A DNA stretch of 41,818 bases from Gammaproteobacteria bacterium (GCA_046566095.1 JBKHXI010000006.1:1-41818), one strand, 5' to 3'; numbered from the stretch's first letter, positions 1-9,640 are shown. Notes: generated by a model not told the origin, from the sequence alone. Numbers and translations are program-made.

Positions 1-2396
1 CGCGCCCGCAGCCGGTCGCGGCCGCCGCGGCGATCCAGGATCCCGACGAGCCGCTCGACCTGAGCGACCTCGACCCGGAACTGGTCGAGATCTTCGTCGA
101 GGAAGGCGTCGACCTGCTCGACCATTCCGACGGCCTGCTCGCGCAGCTGCGCGAGAACCCGACCGAGCGCGAGAACGTGGTCGGCCTGCAGCGCGACCTG
201 CACACCCTCAAGGGCGGCGCGCGCATGGCCGGGATCATGGCGGTCGGCGAGCTCGGCCACGCCATGGAATCGCTGCTGGAGGCCGTCGCCGACGGCAAGC
301 GCGAGCTCGGCGCCGACGGCATCGATGCGCTGGAGCGCGGCTTCGACCGCCTGCACGCGATGGTCACCCGGGTCGGCGAGCACCGCGCGATCGCGATGCC
401 GGACGCCCTGATCGCCGAGTTCGACGCCCGCGCCCGCGGCGAGGCCCTGCCCGCCGCCGGCGCGGTGCCGGCGCTGCGCAAGCCCGCCGCCGCCCTCAAG
501 CCGCTGTCGGAGCCGATCGACGAGGCCGCCGAGGACGACGAGGACATCGGCGTGCGCGCGCCGCAGGAGCAGGTCCGCATCCGCGCCGACCTGCTCGACC
601 GGCTGGTCAACTACGCCGGCGAGGTGGCCATCTACCGCGCCCGCCTGGAACAGCAGCTGGGCGCGTTCCGCGGCGCGATGGCGGAGATGGAGCAGACCAA
701 CACCCGCCTGCGCGACCAGCTGCGGCGCCTGGACATCGAGACCGAGGCGCAGATCATCGCCCGCTTCCAGCGCGAGCAGGAGGCCGGCGACGTCACCTTC
801 GATCCGCTCGAGCTCGACCGCTTCTCGACCCTGCAGCAGCTCTCGCGCGCGCTGGCCGAATCGGCCGCCGACCTGACCAGCCTGCAGGTCTCGATGGACG
901 ACCTGACCCGGCAGTACGAGACCCTGCTGCTGCAGCAGTCGCGGGTCAGCTCGGACCTGCAGGAAGGCCTGATGCGCACCCGCATGGTGCCGTTCGAGGC
1001 GCTGGTGCCGCGCCTGCGCCGGGTGCTGCGCCAGGCCGCCGCCGAGACCGGCAAGCAGGTCCAGCTCAGGCTCGACGGCGCCGCCGGCGAACTGGACCGC
1101 AACGTGCTCGAGCGCATGACCGCGCCGCTGGAGCACATGCTGCGCAACTCGGTGGCGCACGGCCTGGAGCTGCCGGAGGCGCGTCGCCGCGCCGGCAAGC
1201 CGGAGGAAGGCGAGGTCCGCCTGGCGCTGCGCCGCGAAGGCTCGGAAGTGGTGATCGAGGTCTCCGACGACGGCGCCGGCCTGGACCGCGCGGCGATCCG
1301 CCGGCGCGCGATCGAGCGCGGCCTGATCCGCAAGGACGCGGTGCTCGCCGACGGCGACCTGGACACGCTGATCCTCGAACAGGGCTTCTCCACCGCCGAC
1401 ACCGTCAGCCGCCTGGCCGGCCGCGGCGTCGGCATGGACGTGGTCGCCAGCGAGGTGCGCCAGCTCGGCGGCACCCTGGACATCGCTTCGCGCCCCGGCA
1501 AGGGCGTGCGCTTCACCCTGCGCCTGCCGCAGACGCTGGCGGTGACCCAGGCCGCGTTCGTGCGCATCGGCGACACCACCTTCGCGGTGCCGATCGCCTC
1601 GGTCCGGGGCGTGGGCCGCATCTCCCGCGAGGAACTGGCGCGCGCGGACGCGAGCTACAGCTACGGCGGCGAGTCCTATGCGCTGCACGACCTGGGCCTG
1701 CTGGTCGGCCAGGCCCCGGCCCGGGCCGAAGGCCAGCTGCAGATGCCGCTGCTGCTGGTGCGCTCGGGCGACCTGCGCGCGGCGGTCAGCGTCGACCAGG
1801 TGCTGGGCAACCGCGAGATCGTGGTCAAGCCGGTCGGCCCGCAGGTGGCCTCGCTGCCGGGCATCTTCGGCGCCACGATCATGGGCGACGGCTCGGTCGT
1901 GGTGATCCTCGACGTGGCGCCGCTGGTCCGCCGCCAGGCCACCCTGCCGCGCGACCTGGCGCCCGCGCCGAAGGTCGAGCAGCGGCGCGTGCCGCTGGTG
2001 ATGGTGGTCGACGATTCGGTGACCATGCGCAAGGTCACCGGCCGCGTGCTCGAGCGCCACAACTTCGAGGTGATGACCGCCAAGGACGGCGTCGACGCGC
2101 TCGAGCGCCTCGGCGAGCGCGTGCCCGACCTGATGCTGCTGGACATCGAGATGCCGCGCATGGACGGCTACGAGCTGGCCACCGAGATGAAGGCCGACGG
2201 CCGCCTGCGCGACATCCCGATCATGATGATCACCTCGCGCACCGGCGAGAAGCACCGCCAGCGCGCCTTCGACATCGGCGTCAACCGCTACCTCGGCAAG
2301 CCCTACCAGGAGCACGAACTGCTGCGCAACGTGTTCGAGCTGCTGGCCGAGCACGCGCCGGACCTGGGCGCGGCGCTGGAGCGCGAAGGTGGCTGA
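1..2396 (+). CDS. chpA: ChpA/PilL-type hybrid CheA histidine kinase, 5'-truncated by the window edge (HPt, kinase core, CheW-like domain, C-terminal receiver)
   Basis: The frame is open from nt 3 (…DLDPELVEIFVEEG…LHTLKGGARMAG, an HPt phospho-His motif). HATPase motifs DDGAGLD and GRGVGMDVV follow, then a CheW-like domain, then a C-terminal REC (VVDDS…LLDIEMPRMDG…GKP). Stop TGA at 2394-2396. chpB-like and chpC-like genes lie downstream. Confidence 0.9.
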   Translation, partial: RPQPVAAAAAIQDPDEPLDLSDLDPELVEIFVEEGVDLLDHSDGLLAQLRENPTERENVVGLQRDLHTLKGGARMAGIMAVGELGHAMESLLEAVADGKRELGADGIDALERGFDRLHAMVTRVGEHRAIAMPDALIAEFDARARGEALPAAGAVPALRKPAAALKPLSEPIDEAAEDDEDIGVRAPQEQVRIRADLLDRLVNYAGEVAIYRARLEQQLGAFRGAMAEMEQTNTRLRDQLRRLDIETEAQIIARFQREQEAGDVTFDPLELDRFSTLQQLSRALAESAADLTSLQVSMDDLTRQYETLLLQQSRVSSDLQEGLMRTRMVPFEALVPRLRRVLRQAAAETGKQVQLRLDGAAGELDRNVLERMTAPLEHMLRNSVAHGLELPEARRRAGKPEEGEVRLALRREGSEVVIEVSDDGAGLDRAAIRRRAIERGLIRKDAVLADGDLDTLILEQGFSTADTVSRLAGRGVGMDVVASEVRQLGGTLDIASRPGKGVRFTLRLPQTLAVTQAAFVRIGDTTFAVPIASVRGVGRISREELARADASYSYGGESYALHDLGLLVGQAPARAEGQLQMPLLLVRSGDLRAAVSVDQVLGNREIVVKPVGPQVASLPGIFGATIMGDGSVVVILDVAPLVRRQATLPRDLAPAPKVEQRRVPLVMVVDDSVTMRKVTGRVLERHNFEVMTAKDGVDALERLGERVPDLMLLDIEMPRMDGYELATEMKADGRLRDIPIMMITSRTGEKHRQRAFDIGVNRYLGKPYQEHELLRNVFELLAEHAPDLGAALEREGG

Positions 2397-3810
2397 AGCC
2401 GCCCCGGTGGCAGCGCCCCTGCGGGTGGCCCTGCTGGCCCGCCCGGGTGCGGCGGCCGAGCGGCTGCGCGAGGCCCTGGCCGGCATCGGCGTGGAACTGG
2501 TGCTGGAAGCCGACCCGCTGCAGGCCGATCCGCAGGCGCTGGCCGCGGCCGCGCCGCAGGCGGTGGTGGTGGTGCTGGACCCGGCCGTGGAGGACGCGCT
2601 CGAACGCTTCGACCCGGTGCTTTCCGATCCGGCGCTGGACGTGCTCTACGAGGAGGCCGAGCTTGCGGTCGCGCGCGAGGGCTGGGATGCCGCGCGCTGG
2701 GGCCGGCACCTGTCGGCGAAACTGCTGCGCCACGGCGACGTGCTCCCGCCCGGGCGCGAGGCCGATCCCGGGTCGGGCCAGGAGGACCTGTCCGAACTGC
2801 AGCCGGGCCGCCCGCCGACGCCGGCGGAGCTGGCCGAACAGGCCGCGCCGTACCGGTTCGACGAGGCGGAGGCTTCGCGGCTGGCGGCCGAGCTTCCGTC
2901 CAGCGCCGTAGGCATGTTCGATCCGGTGGCGGCCGAATACGACCAGGCCGGCGCGCCGGGGACGTTCGACGACGCGGGCTTCGACCTGGCCGCCGGTTTC
3001 GCCGACGCCGCGGAGGCGGCCGTCGAGGCGCCGCCGGCAGGACCTGCATCCGACGGCCCGGAACCGGAACCGGAGGCCGAACCCGCGCCCGCGCCTGCGG
3101 GCGCCGGCGATCCAGGGAAGGCCGGACCCGAGGGCGGTTCGCGCTACCGGCGCGACCTCGCGGACCTGGAACGCAGGATCGCCGGGCTGTCGCTGGAGGA
3201 CGGGCCCGGGCAGGGCGCCGGCGATCCGGCCGGCCCGGCTCCCGCCGCCGCCGGCCCGGCGCAGGCCGCCCGGGCGCTGGCAGGCGCGCGCGGCGCGGTG
3301 ATGGTGTTCGCCGGGATCGGCGGCCCCGACGCGGTGCGCCAGTTCCTGGGCGAGCTGCCCGAGGGCTTCCCGCGCCCGGTGCTGGTCCAGCAGCGCCTGG
3401 ACGGCGGGCGCCACGACCGGCTGGTGCAGCAGCTGGCGCGCGTCACCGCCTTGCCGGTGCAACTGGCCGAGGCGGGAGGCCAGGCCCGGCCCGGGCACGT
3501 CTACATCCTGCCCGCCGAACTGGGCGTGGCGGACGGCGCCGAGGACGGCCTGCGGTTCGCGGCCGTCGACGCGGCCGGAAGCATCGAGGCGCTGCCGGCG
3601 CAGGACAGCGCGGTGCTGCTGTTCAGCGGCGCCGACCCCGCGATCGTCGACGCCGCGATGCGGCAGTCCGGGCGCGGAGCGCTGGTGGCGGGACAGTCGC
3701 CGGAAGGCTGCTACGACGCCGAAGGACCGGGCGCGGCACAGGCGCGCGGCGCGGCAGCCGGGCAGCCGGCGGAACTCGCGCGTCGCCTCGCGGCGCGCTG
3801 GCAGGCTTGA
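2389..3810 (+). CDS. chpB: ChpB-like CheB-methylesterase-fold protein, apparently catalytically degenerate
   Basis: GTG 2389 overlaps the chpA stop. The C-terminal half aligns by eye to CheB: VMVFAGIGGPDAVRQFL…PVLVQQRL…PGHVYILP versus E. coli IGASTGGTEAIRHVL…LITQHMPPGF…PGHAYIAP. The N-terminal ~100 aa look receiver-like, followed by a long Ala/Pro/Glu-rich linker. GC3-rich codon usage. Confidence 0.7.
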   Translation: MAEAAPVAAPLRVALLARPGAAAERLREALAGIGVELVLEADPLQADPQALAAAAPQAVVVVLDPAVEDALERFDPVLSDPALDVLYEEAELAVAREGWDAARWGRHLSAKLLRHGDVLPPGREADPGSGQEDLSELQPGRPPTPAELAEQAAPYRFDEAEASRLAAELPSSAVGMFDPVAAEYDQAGAPGTFDDAGFDLAAGFADAAEAAVEAPPAGPASDGPEPEPEAEPAPAPAGAGDPGKAGPEGGSRYRRDLADLERRIAGLSLEDGPGQGAGDPAGPAPAAAGPAQAARALAGARGAVMVFAGIGGPDAVRQFLGELPEGFPRPVLVQQRLDGGRHDRLVQQLARVTALPVQLAEAGGQARPGHVYILPAELGVADGAEDGLRFAAVDAAGSIEALPAQDSAVLLFSGADPAIVDAAMRQSGRGALVAGQSPEGCYDAEGPGAAQARGAAAGQPAELARRLAARWQA

Positions 3811-3822
3811 GCGAGGAACAGC

Positions 3823-4572
3823 ATGGGCAAGCGCAATCGCAACCGCTCCAACGAACGCAGCCAGCCCGGCAAGGCCGCCGCGGCCCGGCCCGGCGCCGCC
3901 GCGGGCGCGGCGTCCGGACCCGACCGGGCCGGCCGGCAAGCCGGGGATGCCGCCGGCGCGACCGCGGGCGCGGCGGATCCGCACGCGCAGGATTCGGAGA
4001 TCCTCGATTCCGGCGCCGCCGAAGCGGCGACCAGCGCCGGCGACCCCCGGCCCGGTGTGGAACGGCTGGCCACCGCCGGCGCCGGACTGGCCGGCGAGGA
4101 CGCGGCGCGCCGCGAAGACATCCGCGGGGTCCTGATCCAGGTCGCGGGCGGGCGCCTGCTGCTGCCCAACGCCACCATCGCCGAGGTGCTGTCGTTCGCC
4201 GATCCAGAACCGATCGCGGGCGCCCCGGAATGGCTGCTCGGACGGATCCGCTGGCGCGGCTGGCAGTTGCCGCTGGTGGCCTTCTCGCGCCTGGCCGGCA
4301 TCGCCGCCGAGCAGGGCGGGCTGGGCAGCAAGGTGCTGGTGGTCAAGGCCTTCGGCGGCAATCCGAAGCTGCCCTATTTCGCCCTGCTGACCCAGGGCTT
4401 CCCGCGCCTGGTGACGGTGTCGCGGCAGGCGCTGGTGGCCGTCGACCACGGCGCCGAGGCGCTGCCCGAGCCGGTGCTGGCCGAGGTCATGCTCAACGAG
4501 GACCAGGCGCTGCTGCCGGACATCGACCGGATCGAGGCGCTGCTCGGCGAGGCGCTGGCCCAGGCCGCCTGA
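3823..4572 (+). CDS. chpC: CheW-like coupling protein (ChpC-like) with a ~100-aa low-complexity N-terminus
   Basis: ATG 3823 is preceded by GAGGAA. The C-terminal 150 aa look like a CheW domain (IRGVLIQVAGGRLLLPNATIAEVL…WLLGRIRWRGWQLPLVAF). It is the last gene of the operon. Confidence 0.75.
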   Translation: MGKRNRNRSNERSQPGKAAAARPGAAAGAASGPDRAGRQAGDAAGATAGAADPHAQDSEILDSGAAEAATSAGDPRPGVERLATAGAGLAGEDAARREDIRGVLIQVAGGRLLLPNATIAEVLSFADPEPIAGAPEWLLGRIRWRGWQLPLVAFSRLAGIAAEQGGLGSKVLVVKAFGGNPKLPYFALLTQGFPRLVTVSRQALVAVDHGAEALPEPVLAEVMLNEDQALLPDIDRIEALLGEALAQAA

Positions 4573-4662
4573 GCGCCGCCGCCCGGCTTGCGGCGGGCGC
4601 CGCCGGCAAGGCGGCGCGGCCGCCCGCCGCCGCGTCCGTGCCGTGCAGGCCCGCCGCCGCGC

Positions 4663-5406
4663 TCAGCCCAGGTCGCCGCAGCGCGCCTGCAGCACCGCGA
4701 TCGCGGCCAGCCCCGCGGTCTCGGTGCGCAGGATCCGCGGCCCCAGCCGCAGGCCCTCGAACCCGGACGCGGCCAGCTGGCCGCGGTCGCGCGGCGACCA
4801 GCCGCCTTCCGGGCCGATCGCCAGCACGGCGGCCAGTGGCAGCTGGTCCTCCAGCGCCAGCCCGTCCACCGCCAGCGGCCCGTCCGGGTCCAGGAACAGG
4901 CGGCGGCCGGGCGCCTCCAGGGCCGACAGCGCCGCTTCCAGCGGCTGCGGCGGCTCGATCGACGGCACCCGCGCGCGCCCGCACTGCTCGCAAGCCGCGG
5001 CCAGCACCCCGCGCCAGTGCGCCACCCGGCGCTGCAGCCGCGCGCCCTCCAGGCGCACCCCGCTGCGCTCGCTGTCGACCGGCAGCACCGCGGCCACGCC
5101 CAGCTCGGTCGCCTTCTGCAGGATCCAGTCCATCTTCTCGCCGCGGGCCACGCCCTGCAGCAGGGTCAGCCGCAGCGGCGACTCGTTGCCGACCGGCACG
5201 CCGTCGTCGACGTCGACCAGCACCTCGCGCCGGCCGATGCTGGCCACCCGGCCCGGGTAGTCGCGGCCGTCGCCGTTGAACAGCACGCAGGCGTCGCCCT
5301 CCTTGAGCCGCAGCACCCGCACCAGATGCGTGGCGGCGGCGTCGGGCAGCGGCACCCGCAGGCCGGCGGCGAGCGGGGCGGGGACGTGGATCCGGGTCGT
5401 GCGCAT
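4663..5406 (-). CDS. rsmE: 16S rRNA (uracil1498-N3)-methyltransferase
   Basis: 247 aa with RsmE hallmarks: HLVRVLRLKEGD, IGPEGGWS, LGPRILRTETA. Confidence 0.9.
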   Translation of the reverse strand: MRTTRIHVPAPLAAGLRVPLPDAAATHLVRVLRLKEGDACVLFNGDGRDYPGRVASIGRREVLVDVDDGVPVGNESPLRLTLLQGVARGEKMDWILQKATELGVAAVLPVDSERSGVRLEGARLQRRVAHWRGVLAAACEQCGRARVPSIEPPQPLEAALSALEAPGRRLFLDPDGPLAVDGLALEDQLPLAAVLAIGPEGGWSPRDRGQLAASGFEGLRLGPRILRTETAGLAAIAVLQARCGDLG

Positions 5407-5421
5407 GCGGTCTGGCCGGGG

Positions 5422-6849
5422 TCAGGAGGGCGCGGTGGCCTCCAGGATCGCCGCGCGGGTGGTGTCGGCGAGCAGCCGCAGCTGCGCGTCGTCGATGCAG
5501 TACGGCGGCATCCAGTACAGGACGTCGCCCAGCGGACGCAGTACCACGCCGCGCGTGAGGGCCGCGCGGTAGGCGCGCAGGCCGACCCGAAGGGCGGGGT
5601 CGAAGGGGGTGGCGCGGTCGCCGCCGCGGGTCAGCTCGAAGGCCACGACCATGCCGGCCTGGCGGACCTCGGCCACGTCCGGCAGCTCCGCCAGCGGCGC
5701 GGCCAGCGCGGCCATGCGCGCGGCGGTGGCGCGGTTGCGGGCCAGCACGCCGTCGCTTTCGAAGATGCGCAGGGACGCCAGGGCCGCGGCGCAGGCCAGC
5801 GGATTGCCGGTGTAGCTGTGCGAATGCAGGAAGGCGCGCTCGCGCGAGTCGTCGAGGAAGCCGTCGTACAGGGCCTGCGTCGCCAGCACCGCGGCCAGCG
5901 GCAGGAAGCCCCCGGTCAGGCCCTTGGACAGGCACAGCAGGTCCGGCTGGATCCCGGGCGCGCCGCCTTCTCCGGCGGGCGGCGCCTGCTCGCAGGCGAA
6001 CATGCTGCCGGTGCGGCCGAAGCCGACCGCGATCTCGTCGGCGATCAGGAAGATGCCATGGCGGTCGCACAGCTCGCGCGCGCGGCGCAGGTACAGCGGG
6101 TGGTGCATGCGCATGCCGCCGGCGCACTGCAGGCGCGGCTCCAGGATCATCGCGCAGACCTCGCCGGCATGGCGTTCGAGCAGGGCCGCGAGCGCGTCGG
6201 CGGCGCGCGCCGCGCACTGCTGCGCGCTTTCGCCGTCGCGCGCGTGCCAGGCGTCGGGCGAGGGCGCGAACAGGGCTTCGGCCAGCAGCGGCGCGTAGAC
6301 CCGCCGGTACAGCGGCACGTCGCCGACCGCCAGCGCGCCGAGGGTCTCGCCGTGGTAGCCGTTCTCCAGCGCGACGAACTTCGTGCGCCGTTCCTCGCCG
6401 CGGTTGCGGAACCAGTGGAAGGCCATCTTCAGCGCCACCTCGACCCCGGCCGAGCCGTTGTCGGCGTAGAACACCTTGGCCAGCGGCGCGCGCCCCGGCT
6501 CGCGCGGCGCGATCGCCAGCAGCCGCTCGGCCAGCTCGACCGCGGGCGGGTGCGAGAAGCCGGCCAGGATCACCTGCTCGAGCTCGCGCGCCTGGGCGGC
6601 GACGGCCGCGGCGATCCGCGGTTCGGCGTGCCCGTGCAGGTTGGTCCACCAGCTCGACACCGCATCGAGGTAGCGGCGCCCGTCCTGGCCGACCAGCCAG
6701 GCGCCGTCGCCGCGCGCGATCGGCACCAGCGGCAGCAGGTCGGGGTGCTCGCGCATCTGCGTGCACGGGTGCCAGAGCACGGCCAGGTCGCGGCGTCGCC
6801 AGTGGTCGGCGTCCGCTATCATCGCCGGATCGTGAGCGTTTCCTTCCAT
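5422..6849 (-). CDS. bioA: Adenosylmethionine-8-amino-7-oxononanoate aminotransferase
   Basis: 475 aa class-III aminotransferase with the BioA-type N-terminus (DLAVLWHPCTQM…YLDAVSSWWTNLHGH). An alternative start at 6822 (MIADADHW) is possible. Confidence 0.9.
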   Translation of the reverse strand: MEGNAHDPAMIADADHWRRRDLAVLWHPCTQMREHPDLLPLVPIARGDGAWLVGQDGRRYLDAVSSWWTNLHGHAEPRIAAAVAAQARELEQVILAGFSHPPAVELAERLLAIAPREPGRAPLAKVFYADNGSAGVEVALKMAFHWFRNRGEERRTKFVALENGYHGETLGALAVGDVPLYRRVYAPLLAEALFAPSPDAWHARDGESAQQCAARAADALAALLERHAGEVCAMILEPRLQCAGGMRMHHPLYLRRARELCDRHGIFLIADEIAVGFGRTGSMFACEQAPPAGEGGAPGIQPDLLCLSKGLTGGFLPLAAVLATQALYDGFLDDSRERAFLHSHSYTGNPLACAAALASLRIFESDGVLARNRATAARMAALAAPLAELPDVAEVRQAGMVVAFELTRGGDRATPFDPALRVGLRAYRAALTRGVVLRPLGDVLYWMPPYCIDDAQLRLLADTTRAAILEATAPS

Positions 6850-6920
6850 CCGCCGATTATCGCCCCGATGTTCCCGCCGCGCGCGGCGCGCGGCCGGGCC
6901 GCGGGCGCGCGGGGCGCAGC

Positions 6921-7466
6921 GTGAGCCGCCGCCTGCCGGTGATCCACGGCGTGACCGAGGACCAGGCTGGGCCCTACCGGCTCGAGCGCGTGGACCTGGA
7001 GTTCGGCAACGGCGAGCGCCGCCGCTTCGAACGCCTGCACAGCCGCGGCCACGGCGCGGTGGTGGTGGTGCCGATGCTCGACGACGACACGGTGCTGCTG
7101 GTGCGCGAGTACGCGGCCGGCATGCACCGCTACGAACTGGGCCTGGTCAAGGGCCGGATCGACGCCGGCGAGACCCCCGAGCAGGCCGCCGACCGCGAGC
7201 TCCAGGAAGAGGCCGGCTACGGCGCGCGCTCGCTGCAGGTGCTGCGCCGGCTCACCCTCAACCCCAGCTACATGAGCCACGAGACCATGCTGGTGCTGGC
7301 GCGCGACCTGTACCCGCAGCGCCTGCCCGGCGACGAGCCCGAGGAACTGGAAGTGGTGCCGTGGAAGCTCGACGCGCTGCACGAACTGGTCCTGCGCGAG
7401 GACTTCTCCGAGGGGCGCAGCATCGCCGCGCTGTTCGTCGCCAGGGAATGGCTGCGCAACCGATGA
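6921..7466 (+). CDS. nudE: Nudix hydrolase, ADP-compounds hydrolase NudE-like
   Basis: GTG start. Nudix box GLVKGRIDAGETPEQAADRELQEEAGY. The N-terminus resembles NudE (…VDLEFGNGERRRFERL). Confidence 0.75.
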   Translation: MSRRLPVIHGVTEDQAGPYRLERVDLEFGNGERRRFERLHSRGHGAVVVVPMLDDDTVLLVREYAAGMHRYELGLVKGRIDAGETPEQAADRELQEEAGYGARSLQVLRRLTLNPSYMSHETMLVLARDLYPQRLPGDEPEELEVVPWKLDALHELVLREDFSEGRSIAALFVAREWLRNR

Positions 7467-8287
7467 CGCAAGCTGGCGAAGCCGCATCCGTCCCGTCCCG
7501 GGAACTGCGCGAGGGCGCGATCGCGGTCGCGCGCGAGGCGGCCACGCGCATCCTGCAGGTCTACGACCGCGACTTCGACGTCGCCCACAAGGACGACCAC
7601 TCGCCGCTGACCGCCGCCGACCTTGCCGCGCACCGCTGCATCGTCGACGGCCTGCGCGCGCTGTCGCCGCACATCCCGGTGCTGTCCGAGGAATCCGCCC
7701 AGGCCGCCTTCGACCAGCGCCGCGGCTGGACCCGGTTCTGGCTGGTCGATCCGCTCGACGGCACCCGCGAGTTCGTCAAGCGCAACGGCGAATTCACCGT
7801 CAACATCGCACTGGTCGAGGACGGCGTGGCCGTCTTCGGCGTGGTCCAGGCGCCGGTCACCGGGCGGATCTGGCACGGCGGCGCGGGCCTGGGCGCGTAC
7901 CGGCGCGAGGCCGACGGCGACGAGCGCGCGATCGCCGTGCGCAGGCCCGCGGCCGCGCCGCTGCGGGTCGCCGCCAGCCGCTCGCACCGCGATCCGCGCA
8001 GCGACGGCTTCATCGCCCGCATGGGCGCGGTGCAGCCGGTCGGCCTGGGTTCCTCGCTCAAGTTCTGCGCGCTGGCCGAGGGCCGGATCGACGTCTACCC
8101 GCGCTTCGGCCCGACCAGCGAATGGGACACCGCGGCCGGCCAGGCGCTGCTGGAGGGCGCCGGCGGCGCGGTCCTCGACCTGCAGGGCCGTCCCTTCCGC
8201 TACAACCGGCGCGAGTCCCTGCGCAACGGCGCGTTCGTCGCCCTGGGCGACACCGCGCTGCCGTGGCGCGACTGGGTGGGCGACTGA
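7463..8287 (+). CDS. cysQ: 3'(2'),5'-bisphosphate nucleotidase
   Basis: ATG 7463 overlaps the nudE stop (ATGA). Inositol-monophosphatase-fold motifs EES, WLVDPLDGTREF and WDTAAGQALL are present. The longer track ORF starting at 7361 overlaps nudE and was trimmed. Confidence 0.85.
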   Translation: MTQAGEAASVPSRELREGAIAVAREAATRILQVYDRDFDVAHKDDHSPLTAADLAAHRCIVDGLRALSPHIPVLSEESAQAAFDQRRGWTRFWLVDPLDGTREFVKRNGEFTVNIALVEDGVAVFGVVQAPVTGRIWHGGAGLGAYRREADGDERAIAVRRPAAAPLRVAASRSHRDPRSDGFIARMGAVQPVGLGSSLKFCALAEGRIDVYPRFGPTSEWDTAAGQALLEGAGGAVLDLQGRPFRYNRRESLRNGAFVALGDTALPWRDWVGD

Positions 8288-8315
8288 TGCCGCGTTCGGC
8301 TCCCCGCACGGCCCC

Positions 8316-8370
8316 GTCGTTCCGAGCGCAGCGAGGAACCCGCTTCTGCGGGCTCGATGACGCTGCGAAG
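8316..8370. repeat. Degenerate copy of the GTCRTCCYGAGCGAAGCGARGGATC palindromic (REP/MITE-like) element
   Basis: GTCGTTCCGAGCGCAGCGAGGAACC at 8316-8340 resembles the left arms at 9641 and 23627. The right arm is poorly conserved. Confidence 0.3.
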
Positions 8371-8402
8371 CCGGCCGCCCGCATGGGCGCGCAACCATCG
8401 CC

Positions 8403-9272
8403 ATGAACCGCCACCTGGACCAGGTTCCGGACGTCGGCGAACTGCTGCGGATCATGGCGCGCCTGCGCGACCCGGACTGCGGCTGCCCCTGGGACCTGCA
8501 GCAGACCTTCGCCAGCATCGCGCCGTACACCATCGAGGAGGCCTACGAGGTCGCCGACGCGATCGACCGTGGCAACCTCGGCGACCTGAAGGACGAACTC
8601 GGCGACCTGCTGCTGCAGGTGGTGTTCCACGCGCGCATGGCCGAGGAGGCCGGCGCGTTCGGCTTCGGCGACGTGGTCGCGGCGATCCGCGACAAGATGC
8701 TGCGGCGCCACCCGCACGTGTTCGCCGGCGCCGCGGTCGAGGACGCCGAGGCCCAGACCCGCGCCTGGGAGGAGCACAAGCGCGCCGAGCGCGCCGCCGC
8801 CGGCGAGGCCGACGCTTCCGCGCTGGCCGGGATCCCGCGCGGCCTGCCGGAATGGCAGCGCGCGCTTAAGCTGCAGCGCAAGGCCGCGCGGGTCGGCTTC
8901 GACTGGCCCGGCCCGGAACCGGTGATCGCCAAGCTGCACGAGGAGATCGAGGAGGCGCGGGCGGAATTCGCCGCGCTCGCCGCCGCGCCGGACGACCCGC
9001 AGGCGCGCGCCGCCGTGGAGGAGGAAATCGGCGACCTGCTGTTCGTCTGCGCCAACCTGGCCCGGCACGCGCGGGTGGACCCGGGCGCCGCCCTGCGCCG
9101 CGCCAACCTCAAGTTCGAACGCCGCTTCCGGGCGATGGAGGCCCTGGCCGCGGCCGACGGGCACGCGCTTGCCGACCTGCCGCTGGAGGCGCAGGATCGC
9201 TACTGGGACCGCGCCAAGGCCGCGGAGAAGGGCGCCGCAGGCGCCACCGCCGGCGGCCCGGACGGCGGTTGA
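8403..9272 (+). CDS. mazG: Nucleoside triphosphate pyrophosphohydrolase MazG
   Basis: 289 aa. LLRIMARLRDPDCGCPWDLQQTFASIAPYTIEEAYEVADAI plus a second MazG repeat (EEIGDLLFVCANLARH). Confidence 0.9.
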   Translation: MNRHLDQVPDVGELLRIMARLRDPDCGCPWDLQQTFASIAPYTIEEAYEVADAIDRGNLGDLKDELGDLLLQVVFHARMAEEAGAFGFGDVVAAIRDKMLRRHPHVFAGAAVEDAEAQTRAWEEHKRAERAAAGEADASALAGIPRGLPEWQRALKLQRKAARVGFDWPGPEPVIAKLHEEIEEARAEFAALAAAPDDPQARAAVEEEIGDLLFVCANLARHARVDPGAALRRANLKFERRFRAMEALAAADGHALADLPLEAQDRYWDRAKAAEKGAAGATAGGPDGG

Positions 9273-9293
9273 CGACCGCAGCGCGATGCAGCC

Positions 9294-9599
9294 ATGACCG
9301 AGCGCTTCTCCAGCTTCCGCCAGTTCTACCCGTACTACCTGGGCGAGCACCGCAACCGCGCCTGCCGGCGCCTGCACTTCGTCGGCAGCTGCCTGGCGCT
9401 CGCCTTCGTGGCGATGGCCGTGCTCGACCGCAACCCCTGGTGGCTGCCCGCCGCGCTGCTGGCCGGCTACGGCTTCGCCTGGGCCGGGCACTTCTTCTTC
9501 GAGAAGAACCGCCCGGCCACCTTCCGCCACCCGCTGTACTCCTTCCTCGGCGACTGGGCCATGTTCCGCGACATCCTCGCCGGCCGCATCCGCTTCTGA
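9294..9599 (+). CDS. DUF962 (Mpo1-like) small membrane protein
   Basis: 101 aa. FRQFYPYYLGEHRNRACRRLHFVG…GHFFFEKNRPATFRHPLYSFLGDWAMF is the typical DUF962 pattern as I remember it. Confidence 0.8.
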   Translation: MTERFSSFRQFYPYYLGEHRNRACRRLHFVGSCLALAFVAMAVLDRNPWWLPAALLAGYGFAWAGHFFFEKNRPATFRHPLYSFLGDWAMFRDILAGRIRF

Positions 9600-9640
9600 C
9601 GTCTCCCTTCGGGAGCCAATAGGAGTTTTTTGACCTGGCA

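Noticed and set aside
4573-4662. A rho-independent terminator between convergent chpC and rsmE.
   Set aside because: Only a 6-bp stem (4580-4585 pairing with 4594-4599) with no U-tract, which is too weak to annotate.
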